Origin: Octopus sinensis
Taxonomy: Eukaryota
Direction of reading: 5' to 3'
Length of the DNA: 64,000 nucleotides
NCBI RefSeq assembly: GCF_006345805.1
Contig: NC_043004.1
Coordinates: forward strand, 99,448,001 to 99,512,000
Both the position numbers and the translations under genes were made by a program. Shown here one piece after another: positions 13,307 through 26,530 of the stretch (position 1 is its first letter; the number at the start of each line of letters is the position of its first letter). The notes beneath the pieces were generated by a model, which was not told the DNA's origin, searched no databases, and saw nothing but the letters and a program-made list of their open reading frames with translations.

Positions 13307-13849
13307 TTATTTATTGAAAGATATAATTAGGTAAGAATGCTTGAAATAAGAATATTTCCGGATAAATTTTACTGAAAATCAAAGTTACTGGTAACAGTTA
13401 TTGATTTCCATTATAGAGTATAGACGCACAGCCTCAAATTTTGGTGAAGGTGTAATCCGATAAAATCGACCCAGTACTTTACTTGTACTTTATTTATTGA
13501 TCACGTGACGATGAAACTCAAACGTTATCTCTGGTAGCTTTTCTTTTTTCGTTTTTCTAAGTACAGAAATCTCACCGGACTCCAAGGTTTTGTGAGACTT
13601 GTTCTGACACTAATTACAAATATTAAACAGCTTATATTTTTGATCGCTCTATCATCATTTCGATGTACATTCATTTATCCCTGCTGAGAGAAACAGCTGC
13701 CCTTTTAAATCTTCCACGAAAGCAACGAAAAGCCCTAAATTTGACCTTGTGTAGTCAGAGGTATAAGTGATCGCGCAGAACATTTGTAGTAGTAAACTAT
13801 TACCAGAGTACCGTCACTGCCTTAATATTTACATCACTATACACTTAGT

Positions 13850-14252
13850 TACTCTTTTACTCTTTTACTTCTTTTAGTCATTTGACTGCGGTCATGCTGG
13901 AGCACCGCCTTTAGTCGAGAAAATCAACCCCGGGACTTATTCTTTGTAAGCCCAGTACTTATTCTATCGGTCTCTTTTGCCGAACGGCTAAGTTACGGGG
14001 ATGTAAACACACCAGCATCGGATGTCAAGCAATGCTAGGGGGACAAACACAGACACAAACACACACACACACACACATATATATGTATATACAAATATAC
14101 GACGGTTTTCCGTCTACCAAATCCACTCACAAGGCTTTGGTCGGCCCGAGGCTATAGTAAAAGACACTTGCCTAAGGTGCCACGCAGTGGGACTGAACCC
14201 GGAACCATGTGGTTGGTAAACAAGCTACTTACCACACAGCCACTCCTGCGCC
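13850..14252 (-). mobile_element. SINE family B, full length
   Basis: 5' ggcgcaggagtggctgtgtggtaagtagcttg through a 3' (gtaaaaga)n tail. Confidence 0.9.
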
Positions 14253-14319
14253 ATAACACAATCAAAATGAAGTTGAGAATTTTAAGAAGATCGAGTGGTC
14301 AAGTTTTACTCTCGCTTTA

Positions 14320-14880
14320 AGTCTTAATATACCTTGAAAAAGGATCAGTCCCATATCTTTCGTGATTGTCAATGCTTATGCAATATAAAGTTCCAAAAGC
14401 CAATGTTGTGGTCGGGGAAGAAGGACTGTGAGTTGTAGTTAATGAGCTGCCTGCATAAGGATATAACATAGACGATGAGAGGTAGAAAAACGAAGAGATT
14501 CAAAGTTGTTGGAATGTAGGTGGCAAAGACCATTGTAGAGTTGTAGAAAAAACAGAGACAATGAAGGCAGCACATCTGTAGGCCACGGGTTTCGATTATA
14601 CAAAGATTGACAATTCTGCCAATTACTCGAGTGGCCACTCTTTGGATGCTATGTAGTATGTGTCTGTAATAGCAGTACCGTCCTACATGTGGGAGCATGT
14701 ACTCAATTGTGAGTCTAATTTGAGCTTTGTTAAGAATTATGAATTGATATAGACCGATGTATTTTCTGTCTCTGAAACAAAGCGACAGTTTTTGCGAATC
14801 AGTCTTAGCTATATGTTTTCCGGGAAAGATTCTCAGTGCTAGTTGGGTCTGACATTTGAAGTAACGGTGCAGTGTCCTGG
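14320..14880 (-). pseudogene. CR1/L2/Jockey-group LINE ORF2 C-terminal relic
   Basis: Frameshift-corrected reading gives HIAK..SQKL..FR.RKY, NKAQIRLTIEY-CSHM*DG, IQRVATRVIG, SL.FFY..YNG, QSFFP...FWN; typical post-RT region of these LINEs. Confidence 0.75.
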
Positions 14881-17078
14881 TCATTTTTAAGCGGAGGGTG
14901 GTTTAACGATATTTTTTTCATAGTGGCTTTGCGTGCGAGGTGGCATTAAAATGGAAACCCTGATATGCTAACAGCCTAGAATAGGAACAATCCATTCGAC
15001 CACTTCCCACAATCTTTAAATTTTTTCCAAATTTGCATTATAAAACTTTTTTTTATAGAGCTGAGACTAGGCCGGAAAATACATACCGCAGAGAATATTT
15101 ACTCGTTGCAACAGTATGGATTCACAAATAACCTGTTTGCAAATTACTCTTATAAAGAGGCAAAAGTTTTCAAGCGTTGATACTATAGACATTTATCTCC
15201 GCATATTTTTCTTTGGCCTTTAATCGAGATCATCACTTCATAAATTTTGTGAGAGATACATCTAAATATCATTTTGTTTTTCACCATCCTCTTCAGTTGT
15301 ATCCTTTGTACAAAAAAGTCTCTTTTCCTCCCGCTGGTGTGTTTCCGAACTTTTGTCTTCTCTTCCATCTTATTTGAATCTAAACGTATACGTGACACTT
15401 ACTTCCATTTCAAAGGTGTTTTCTTTTTCTTTCAGTCTTCAGTTGTTACTGTTCTAACTTTATTTCAATTGTGTCTTTTCTTCGTTCCTTTTTTCTACAT
15501 TTTTGTCAATAACGACTCTGTTGCTTCTGTTGTAATAATTCATTTCGTCACACAAAATTACAACGTTATTTCCTGAGTTCTATAAAGTTCATAGTTTATT
15601 TTGCATGACGTTTAACCTATATTATTTTCACAATTGTTCTAACCATTAAAAATATTTCTCTCCATTGCTACCATTGTTATTAGAATCGTTTTCCACAATT
15701 TTCTCAGTAGTGATATTGTCAAAACTCTACTTTAATCTAAAAAGAGAGAAAATTTTTTTTTAATGGCACATAACTTATGGCGACACCCCAAAGCATTAAA
15801 GTGTTTTTCAGCAAAATTCACTGGCCCCAATGTCATGAAAACAAGAAGATAAGAAACTCAGTCTAAATTAAGTGAGAAAGAAAACTACTTAAATGACATA
15901 TCAAAATGAGACCCATGTCAAACAAGCTCCATCAAGATATAACTATTTAACATTCATCATGGTTTCTAACAGACAATCAAGGTTTCCAATTTTGACAGTT
16001 GGATTAGACGATGATAATCTAGAACAGAAGAATAATGCTTTTGAGTAGACTTAAGAAAATAAAAGCGAAACAGTTTAATTCGACACAGTAGATTAGTGTT
16101 TTATTTGTGTATTCCAGGTACGTACATATAAGGAAATCATCGTGTGGAGTCTAAGTAATACTACGTGTAGATAAGCTGACACTGACAACTGGTATCGGCG
16201 TGTTTAGGTCACAGTAGCTTAACGATTTGGTAAAAAAAAAGATCCGATAGAATAAGAACTAGGCCTAACACTACAAGTATTAGGGTCGGTGCATTCCACT
16301 AAAATTCGCCAAGGCGTAGCCCCAGCATGGCCGTAGTCTAATGGCTGAAACAAGAAAAAGCTGAACGATAAAATATATAGTCAAAAGTTTAATAAGAGAT
16401 CACTTCATTTAATTGACTCTTAAATGGTGGGTGCATAATTGTTTTCGAATCATGAGCGATAAAAATGAAAGTGAATCTCAGATGGCTCAAAAGGAAAAAC
16501 AACTTAAAGGAAAGTAACAAAATACCATACAGAATTTTTTATTATGATTGTGCGAGACGTACCTGTTATATATGTAGCAACAAATATGAAAATGTAAAGA
16601 GTCATTGACTTTAGATATTCACAATTGGGAATATGTAAATAGTCGGGATAATAGTGTTGTGGTTGGTCGTATTTCTCAGAGAAATTTTGTTTCACCTAAA
16701 TTATGAAAATTTGCAGTTGTAACCAAACTATTTTTTCAAAGACACTCAAAATGAAATTTTGAAGACAGTATAATGTGTTATGATGACAATTCGAATAATA
16801 TTCCCTGCATTTTGAGCTATTAACAGATGAAGAATACATCAGCCTAAGATTTTCAGCAGATTCTCAAAACCCTGATACATGTGATACCAATTCGCAGAAA
16901 GCAGAACGAAATCAACAATCAAGTTTCAATCAGTAATACAACATAAGTTCGTATGCCACGAAAATGGGCAGCCTTAACGTCAGAAGCCACATCTCTTCTT
17001 AGATTCTTTTCTATTTTATTTATTATACTTTATCGATATGCAGCAGTGCTAGGTATCTACTTTAATATTAAAAAAAAA

Positions 17079-17397
17079 GACTCCGCCGGTTACGACGACG
17101 AGGGTCCCAGCTGATACGATCAACGGAACAGCTTGCTCGTGAAATTAACGTGCAAATGGCTGAACATTCCACAGACACATGTACCCTTAACGTAGTTCTC
17201 GGGGATAATCAGCGTGACACAGAGAGTGACAAGGCTGACCCTTTGAAATACAAGTACAACTCATTTTTGCCAGCTGAGTGGACTGGAGAAACGTGAAATA
17301 AAGTGTCTTGCTCAAGGACACAACGCGTCGCCGGGAATCGAACTCACAACCTTACGATCATGAGCCAAATGCCCTAACCACTAAGCCACGCGCCCTC
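17079..17397 (-). mobile_element. tRNA-derived SINE family A, young full-length copy with 12-bp TSD
   Basis: TSD ctactttaatat at 17057-17068 and 17401-17412; nearly identical to the 62164 copy. Confidence 0.93.
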
Positions 17398-18500
17398 TAC
17401 CTACTTTAATATAGTTCTGTATCGAATGTAATCGTGTTCAAAAGGTGATTTTATTAACAGTGTTGCAACTACAAAAATAATATATATTAGTTCTATTTTC
17501 TGCATAAAGGAAGATATTTTCAGCTGCACCTTTGATTTGTTATGAAATGGTATGGTGAAATATATTAGAAAACCCGTTGTTGTTTCTGGAAGATGAAGTA
17601 ACACGTAAGAGATATAAAATTAGAGTGCCTTGCCTGGGTACTGTTGTTGTTACTGTTGTTGATGTTGCTGAATAGATCCAAGTCATACATGAAGAAGTAA
17701 ACCTATGAGTAAAAATTTTGCAGATGAGACCATGGAATATTTTAAAAGAAAATCGCTGAAGTTTGATTGATTCACATATTTTGGGTTTACAGAAAATGCA
17801 TTGAAGCTTCCAACACATTGACTGTACTTTAGAATCAAAGAGCCAGCCTTATCTACGCAAAATGTCACGTTGATTCTGCCAGATGATTACATTAAGTGTA
17901 CGTGGAATGCTCAAGTACTTACTTTATTATACATGATAACAAGTGATTTAACAATTCAATAAACCCTGTGGAAGACCAACACGAGATCCTCTATGCCGTA
18001 CACATAAAATTTGATGTGTATGAATATATACAAAGATCAAATGATGTGCGCAAGTAAATTTATCTACTTAGAAACATATTTGAATGCTCTTATATAGATG
18101 TATCTACGTACTATGATGTACATTGGATCGAGATATATCAAAATAGTAGAACTTGTGCATGTTTCGTATAAAAGAGCTTGGCTGTATTATTATAAACTTA
18201 TCCACTCCTACTTGTATATAAATCCCATTTCTCCTCCCACTTGCTCTTTTTCTCTCTCTCCATATCTCTCTCCCCATCTCTCTCTCTCTCTCTCACATAC
18301 ACTCTTTCTTTCTCAATCCTTATCTCTTTAATGTATGTACATATATATTTATGCATATATATATATGTATGTATGTATATATATATATATTATATATATA
18401 TATATATATACGTATATATATATATATATATGTATATATATCTATCTATATAGCTATATATTATATATATATATACATATATATATGTTGTAAATGTATG

Positions 18501-18539
<39 letters not shown>

Positions 18540-19052
18540 TATATATACGTGAAAATATAGAAGGAGTGAGAGATAGAGAGCTCGTTTGAGACAGAGAGAG
18601 AGAGAAAGAGAGAGAGAGGATGAGCAATAGAGATGTCCAAGGTATGTAGGGATTTATTAAACGAAATTTGTGTGGAAGTGAATGTGGAAGTTAGTCGGAT
18701 GGACTGAACCTATAATCTGAAGAACTTACTCTTGTCCCACATTGTCGCTGTGATATTAACTACTGATTTTGTGAAGGCTTGAAGTGTCGCTGGTACACTT
18801 AGTCACGTACGTGCAACAATTCAATGAGGAGGTAGTTCTGTTAATCGGAGAAGTGTTACATTCATTCATAGATCTAAACATAAGTGTCTACACACAGACA
18901 CGCACACACGCACACGCACACACACAGACACACACACGCACACGCACACGCACGCACTCACACATGCACGTATATATTTATGGATATTTACGTACACGTT
19001 TTCCTACTTAACTTCTATCCCCTTGAAAATACCATATCTTAAGCAAGCGTTG

Positions 19053-19090
<38 letters not shown>

Positions 19091-19097
<7 letters not shown>

Positions 19098-19323
19098 ATC
19101 ACGTGACCGACCAGACCATCAGACGTTGTTACACATCGCTGGTCACAATGCGTTCGCATTGTTTTAACCTTCGAATGACGCCACCCCGCTGGCTAAGCGA
19201 GCAGGCCAATAGAAGAAACAGTGGTGAAAGAGTACAGCAGGGATCACCACCGGTCTGAGAATCGAAACCGCGATCCTGCGACCGCGAGTCCGCTGCCCTA
19301 ACCACTAGGCCATTGCGCCTCCA
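19091..19323 (-). mobile_element. tRNA-derived SINE family D
   Basis: Minus-strand head gtggaggcgcaatggcctagtggttagggcagcggactcgcggtc...ggtttcgattc; related heads at 39207 and 59345. Confidence 0.85.
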
Positions 19324-19334
19324 CACACACATAT

Positions 19335-19370
<36 letters not shown>

Positions 19371-19374
<4 letters not shown>

Positions 19375-19409
19375 ATTTTAAGTAACGGTCTTATTCTTAC
19401 TTATATAAA

Positions 19410-19485
<76 letters not shown>

Positions 19486-19558
19486 AATATATATATATAT
19501 AATATATATATTACATATATTTATATAAATAAGAATAAAACCGTTACTTAAAATACCG
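19371..19558. repeat. ~45-bp inverted repeats enclosing a (TA)n tract
   Basis: cggtattttaagtaacggtcttattcttacttatataaatatatgta versus tacatatatttatataaataagaataaaaccgttacttaaaataccg. Confidence 0.85.
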
Positions 19559-19775
19559 ATGATATCAAGTGGCCAGCATGGGAATAAAAACCTTATAGGT
19601 GATAATTATTAAAAAAATTATAATTAAGGCTATCTTAAAGATATAATTAAGGGTCCTGATACAGTATGAATTACTTGATGTGGTTTAGAGTCAAGTTTTG
19701 ACTGCTATTTCTTGCCTGGTGGTATCCTTTCGATACCCTTAATTATAACTTTAATTATATGTGTGTGTGCGTAGA

Positions 19776-19820
<45 letters not shown>

Positions 19821-20359
19821 TGTGTGTGTGTGTGTGTACTTACATACGTAAAGAAAAATATCCATACCTACATACATATATCACACACATCCCACATGTG
19901 TATTCGCGCGCGCCGCATATGTGTGTAAACATTATCACTTGTCAGATTACGTTACTTGACTTTTTCCTCAATTTTGGGGTCTGGAGATTGTTTACTTTGG
20001 CATAAATACTTTTAAAGGGAATGGAATTTTTAACGTGTTTTCCCTTTTTAAGTCATTAAAGGGTGGTGGAAAGGAAATTTGACTGTTAATTCTGTCAGGT
20101 CGAATCATCACCTTTAAGAGACTGCTTCGTAGACTTGTTTTTCGAAATTATTGACAGTAGATAGTAAATGTTTTTAAGTTAGGGTTCGTCATGAAACATA
20201 ACCACGAAGTCAAATAAACAGTTACACAACGCACCCTGTCTCTCAAACAAACACACCATGTCGACAAACACGTACGTAAAAATGTTAGATCCTGTTTCCA
20301 AGACACAGGTGATGGTATGAGTCAGGGTTACTGAAAACAAACAAATTACTGTACTTAAC

Positions 20360-20378
20360 TTTATTATTATTATTGTTG

Positions 20379-20453
<75 letters not shown>

Positions 20454-20479
20454 TATCATCAGTATTATTATTATCATCA

Positions 20480-20517
<38 letters not shown>

Positions 20518-20695
20518 GTTATTATTATTTTATTATTATTATTGTTATTATATTATTTTATTATTATATTATTATTATTATTATTATTGTATTATTATTA
20601 TTATTATTATTATCATTATTATTATTATTGTTATTGTTGTTATTATTATTATTATTATTTTATTATTATTATTATTGTTATTATTATTATTAGTT
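20360..20695. repeat. Long imperfect (ATT)n repeat
   Basis: Read directly. Confidence 0.95.
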
Positions 20696-22725
20696 TGCTA
20701 CTAAATTTGAATAAACACAAAATCACGCACTAACAAAACGCACATCATATGTCTAAACAAGATCACACATACATAAAACACACATGTATGCAACATAAAT
20801 CCAAACACGCACACACACACATACATACATACACACATACACACACATTCATTTACATATATCGAAACAAAAATTCCTACGCATAAACAGAAACATACAT
20901 CCGAACACAGATGTACTTCTTAATAGACACACATAAGAAAATATTCAGTGCCTCAAGTTCCGTACATCCGACTCAACATAATAATATCCTGTACCAAAAA
21001 GATGAAGTAATGAGGACAAAGATGATAATAATATCAAGAAGAGAAAGAAAACGTAAAACAAAATGCATGACTAAGATATGTAAGATTGGTAAAAACTGAT
21101 TAACTATGAAGACATCTTGTGTTTGTGATTTCGTATATTTGTATACATGCGGGTGCAGTTGGGTACATGAGTCAGTAAGCAGGTGTTTACATGTTTCTCG
21201 GTGCTTTCGTAAAAATTACAGGTATTGTGGACGATATAAAAGAATCTGATTCATAATAAGACTGACACACGAAAGAGTGCATTCTTCGATTTGACTTTCA
21301 TCTTCTGATGCATGATGCATATGCTCTGTGCATTAAATGCATTTTCATACAACACCTGAAGATTTTTCAACGATCAAAGGAGATGAGTAATAAAATTCGG
21401 AAAGAAAGACCGAAAGAAGGAAAGAAAGAAAAAGGAAGAGAGAAAGATAGAAAGAAAAAAAGAAGGAAAGAAACAGAAACGAGAAGGTAGTTCGAGAACA
21501 TTTCTTTATGGAGAGATTATCTCTCTTCTTAAATGTCGTTTTCTTGGAATATGAAGAGTTGTAAAAAACATCATTCACTGTAGGATTTGATATTAGACTT
21601 ACAAATTCCCGACCGTCTGGGGAATGTATAGACTTTCCCTGGGGTAGAATAGTCGTTCCTTTCCTATTTCTTGTCGTTTTCTACAAACTAGTACAGCCAT
21701 CTGTTTAATAGTTTAGCATCGTCCGAAGCTAAGCTTTACTCCAGCATATTCTGACTGCCGCAAAGCCGCCTCAAGTCTGGCGTTGTATTGCTGTTTTTCT
21801 ATATTGAGATGGTACTTATCAGCTTGGTTGAAGAATAATAAACATGTATACATTTCTCCAAAACAGCCTAAAGTAGGCTGCTGGAAACCGTTATTTACTT
21901 ACAATTACACTGCGTCTAACGAATGAGAGACATAACTCTTCTAGGATAAAACAAAATGAACGATGTTTGACTCTACAAGAAAATTTTTCGTCCCATTTTA
22001 AGAAATACATATCCTTGTTCCAGGCTAATTAATTGGTGTGTTACATCCACAGTTATTTCTTTGTTGTCTCATTGCATTCGTATTTCATAATGTTTTTAAA
22101 TGGATCTTTGTAAACATTAACAAAGATGTGCATCAGCCTCCTAAACAGTTACCATTATTTTTGCCTTGGAATAAATTCATTGAAGTTGACTATCTTGCTA
22201 GAAAATGCTCTTACTTCACAGAGAATACTGTTAAGAACTTCTACTGCCTTATAAATACGCTGAGATTTTGACAACATTTATTTCTTTATGATTTTCCAAA
22301 TGGCTTCAGTATCATTATCTAGTACAATAAGCTATTGCTCTTAGTAATATCAAAAAGAACATCTCTCTATTGGCCACTATCAACTTGCAACACAATGATT
22401 TACTTTCAATCAAATCTTCTGCATGTTATCAACACTCGAATATCAGTGGATGATCAATTTATGGTCAGTTATATCCTTTTTTGACACATTTGTGGCTTGA
22501 ATGCTTTATAAATGTTTTGCCTGACTATGACTCCAATCTAATCATAATAATCATTTCCGCTATAATCCTCATTGTAATCGTCATTGTCCTCGACATACCC
22601 ATCGTCGTCCTCATCAACGTCGTCTTCCTCCTTCCACTTCCTCTTCCTCTCCTCCTCCTTATGATGATCATCATCTATACCATCTACATCACTACCTCTT
22701 AATACTGTAACAGAGATTCCCATAT

Positions 22726-23322
22726 GTGGCGATCTGGCAGAAACGTTAGCACGCCGGGCGAAATGCGTAGCCGTATTTCATCCGCCGTTACATTCTGAGT
22801 TCAAATTCCGCCGAGGTCGACTTTGCCTTTCATCCTTTCGGGGTCGATTAAATAAGTACCAGTTACGCACTGGGGTTGATATAATCGACTTAATCCATTT
22901 GTCTCTCCTTGTTTTGTCATCTCAGTGTGTAGCCCCTTGTGGGTAGTAAAGAAATAGGTATTTCGTCTGCCGCTACGTTCTGAGTTCAAATTCCGCCGAG
23001 GTCGACTTTGCCTTTCATCCTTTCGGGGTTGATGAAAAAGTACTAGTTACGCACTGGGGTTGATATAATCGACTTAATCCGTTTGTCTGTCCTTGTTTGT
23101 CCTGTCTGTATTTAGCCCCTTGTGGGTAGTAAAGAAATAGGTATTTCGTCTGCCGCTACGTTCTGAGTTCAAATTCCACAGAGCTCGACATTGCTTTTCA
23201 TCCTTTCGGGGTCGATTAAATAAGTACCAGTTACGCACTGGGGTCGATGTAATCAATCAATCCCTTTGTCTGTCCTTGTTTGTCCCCTCTATGTTTAGCC
23301 CCTTGTGAGCAATAAAGAAATA
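22726..23322 (+). mobile_element. Head-to-tail trimer of SINE family C (183-bp period)
   Basis: Full unit 22726-22956, then 5'-truncated units starting ggtatttcgtctgccgctacg at 22957 and 23140. Confidence 0.92.
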
Positions 23323-23382
23323 ATATGCTACACAATCACGATTAAGCAATTATTTTTTAGTCTTTCAATCAGAAAGTAAGGA

Positions 23383-23590
23383 TCTGGCAGAATTGTTAAA
23401 AAACCGGGCAACATGCTTAGCGGCATTACTCCGACTTTACCTTCTGTGTTCAAATTCCGCTAAGGTCGGCCTTGCTTTTCATCCTCGCAGAGTGGAAAAA
23501 AAAGGTACTAGTCGAGTATTACGGTCGAGGTAATCGGATCACTCCCTCCTCCGATCTTACTAGCTCTGTGCCAAAATTTAAAACCAATGT
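23383..23590 (+). mobile_element. SINE family C, degenerate
   Basis: gatctggcagaattgtta ... ttcaaattccgctaaggtcggccttgcttttcatcc. Confidence 0.7.
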
Positions 23591-24261
23591 TCTATCAATT
23601 GTTGTTGACCACTTGTTCCTTTATCATTTTTTTTCTATTATCTTTATATCGGAGCTGTTGGTTACACTAGTTGTAACTGAAGTATAGATTATTTTATCCC
23701 TGTTGAATGAACCGCTTATCTCACACGTGTCAATCAGCTTATGGATTTCAATTGCTTTAGCTACCAATTATTCATCATTTACTCTGTTACTGAACCGCGA
23801 ACATTTTTTAGTGACTATCATTCAGTTAACGTTCATTATTATCTTTCTCTCCCGCTCTGTCTCCCTCTCTCTCTCTATCTCTTTCATTTTCGCCGATGCT
23901 GTTTTTCTGAACCAGGTTTTCGTGTTTCGTTTAGAGCAGAACCAAGGATATCTTGCAAGCAACGACAATGTTTGCTTTTCAGGCAAGCTAAGTTTGTTAC
24001 CAGTGCCATGAAACTCCACGATGGTAAACTCTGATGAACAATCTTTTACTTTGAATACCAACGACACTTTAGGAGCGAAATGAATTATCCGTTAAATCGT
24101 GTTTAAAGGTGATCTGACTACCAGTTGTTGGCTTTTTGCATGGTCCCTGTCAGGCGGACCTGTATGTATGTGTGTGTAAATATATATATATATAATTTAT
24201 CAGCGGCCAGCGCACAAAAGAACCTTTGAGTTAAATTAATATTTAATATTATTTTAACCCA

Positions 24262-24344
<83 letters not shown>

Positions 24345-24345
24345 C

Positions 24346-24680
24346 TCAGGTATGGCTGTGTGATAAGTAACTTGCGTACCAACCACATTGTTCAGTGTTC
24401 AGTCCCATTCCATGTCACTTTGGAGAAGTGTCTTCTACTATAGCCTCGGGCTAATCTCGTTTTGTATATGTGTGTGTTTGTGTGTCAGTGTTTGTCCCTA
24501 CCACCATCGTTTGACAACCGATGTTGATGTGTCTACGTCCCTGTAACTTAGCGCTTCGGCAAAAGAGTCGGATAGAATAAGTACTAGGCTTACAAAGAAT
24601 AAGTCATGAGGGCGATTTTTTGACAAAAAGCGGTGCTCCAGCATAGCCGGAATCAAATGACTGAAACAAAGAAAAGAATA
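24346..24680 (+). mobile_element. SINE family B
   Basis: Family B 5' head and 3' aaatgactgaaacaaagaaaagaata. Confidence 0.85.
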
Positions 24681-24754
24681 CGCACATGCATATATATATA
24701 TATAATATATATATATATGCATGTGCGTATTCTTATATATACATATATATAATA

Positions 24755-24801
<47 letters not shown>

Positions 24802-24815
24802 TATACATATATATA

Positions 24816-24870
<55 letters not shown>

Positions 24871-24875
24871 CAAAC

Positions 24876-24907
<32 letters not shown>

Positions 24908-25719
24908 TTAGATAGAGAGAGAGAGACACATATACATATACATACATATATATATATATATATTATATATATATATATATATATAGATATATATATATAT
25001 ATGTACATACACACACAAGTACATGTTTCTATATACAAGCAGCGGGAGGAAATTATTCAGAACATATTGTGATGAGGACCAATGTTACTCGGAGTTTTTC
25101 CTCATGGCTACCAGTGTTTCTTTGTCGCCTAAAAGAACCAATGTGATGACTTTTTAATTAAGTGTCTTCCATTCAATTTTTTTTTTCCACAATCTTCATG
25201 TCTTTTTTTCTTCTGTGCATTTTGTCTTTCCACACATGTGGACATACGCGTCTTTCTATATCTGCTGTGTTTCCATCATTTTTTTTTTCATATAATCTTC
25301 ATTTTATTCTTTCTTTCTTTCTTTCTGTATATTTTCTTTCCCTTACATCTTTTCCTTTATATGTCTTCGCCATTTATTTGTGTATTTATTTTTCAATTAA
25401 AAACCAAATTGATTTTCCCATCTTATATACCCATCGTTGATTTCTCTCGTTGGGGACTTTACATTTCTCTCGTAACTACTCTTCTCCTCTCCCTTTCACT
25501 CTCTTTCAATTTATCACCCTCTCACACACTCACACATACACACGCACACATATATACACACTCACGTAGGCACAAAAACCTGCATATACATTGCCACCTA
25601 TGCAACACTTATAAAACCTGTACTTTCACATACAAACTCATATACGCAAATACACGCTCGTATACAGTTGAACAAAGGCTAGCTCATAAATCGCTCAAGC
25701 ACACGCGTGCATGTAGACA

Positions 25720-26333
25720 TACATACATACATACATACATACATACATACATACATACATACATACATACATACATACATACATACATACATACATACAC
25801 ACAGTCATTTATACATACATAAAAGTACAAACCTACGTACATACATTCATACATACATTCAGAAATACATACATACATAAGTACATGCATACAGAAACCT
25901 ACAAACATAAATACATACAATCATACAGGTACATCCATTCATACTAACAAAATCTACACACATACATACATGCATGCATACATACGCACAAACATACATA
26001 CAGGCACATACATTCATACTTACAAAATCTACATGCATACATGCATTCATACATACATACATACATACATACATACATACAGGTACATATATTCATACTT
26101 ACAAAATCTACATACATACATACACGTATACATACATACATACATTCATACATACATTCATACTTACAAAATCTATATGCATACATACATGCATAAATAC
26201 ATACATTCATACTTACAAAATCTACATGCATACATACATACATACATACATACATACATACATACATACAATACATACATTCATACTTACAAAATCTACA
26301 TACATACATACATACACACACATACATACATAC

Positions 26334-26364
<31 letters not shown>

Positions 26365-26530
26365 CATACATACATGCATACATACATACATACATACATA
26401 CATACATACATACATACAGGTACATATATACATACTTACAAAATCTACATACATACATACATACATACATACATACATACATACATACATACATACATAC
26501 ATGCATAATACATACATACTTACATACATA
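25720..26530. repeat. (TACA)n array with seven interspersed attcatacttacaaaatctac cores
   Basis: Cores start at about 25937, 26012, 26091, 26156, 26205, 26279 and 26431. Confidence 0.9.

Noticed and set aside
21550-21830. Minus-strand exon-like segments (gtaagt donor near 21600); similar lone donors near 18730, 37770 and 58200
   Set aside because: Acceptors are weak or stops occur in the relevant frames, with no homology recognised; cryptic sites are expected in 64 kb.
24009-24045. GAAAC...GTA-aact-CTGATGA as a type II hammerhead
   Set aside because: Stem I cannot form (4 nt) and the stem II arms do not pair.
25937-26450. CRISPR-like repeat-spacer appearance
   Set aside because: The spacers are (TACA)n of variable length rather than unique sequence, there are no cas genes, and the context is eukaryotic.
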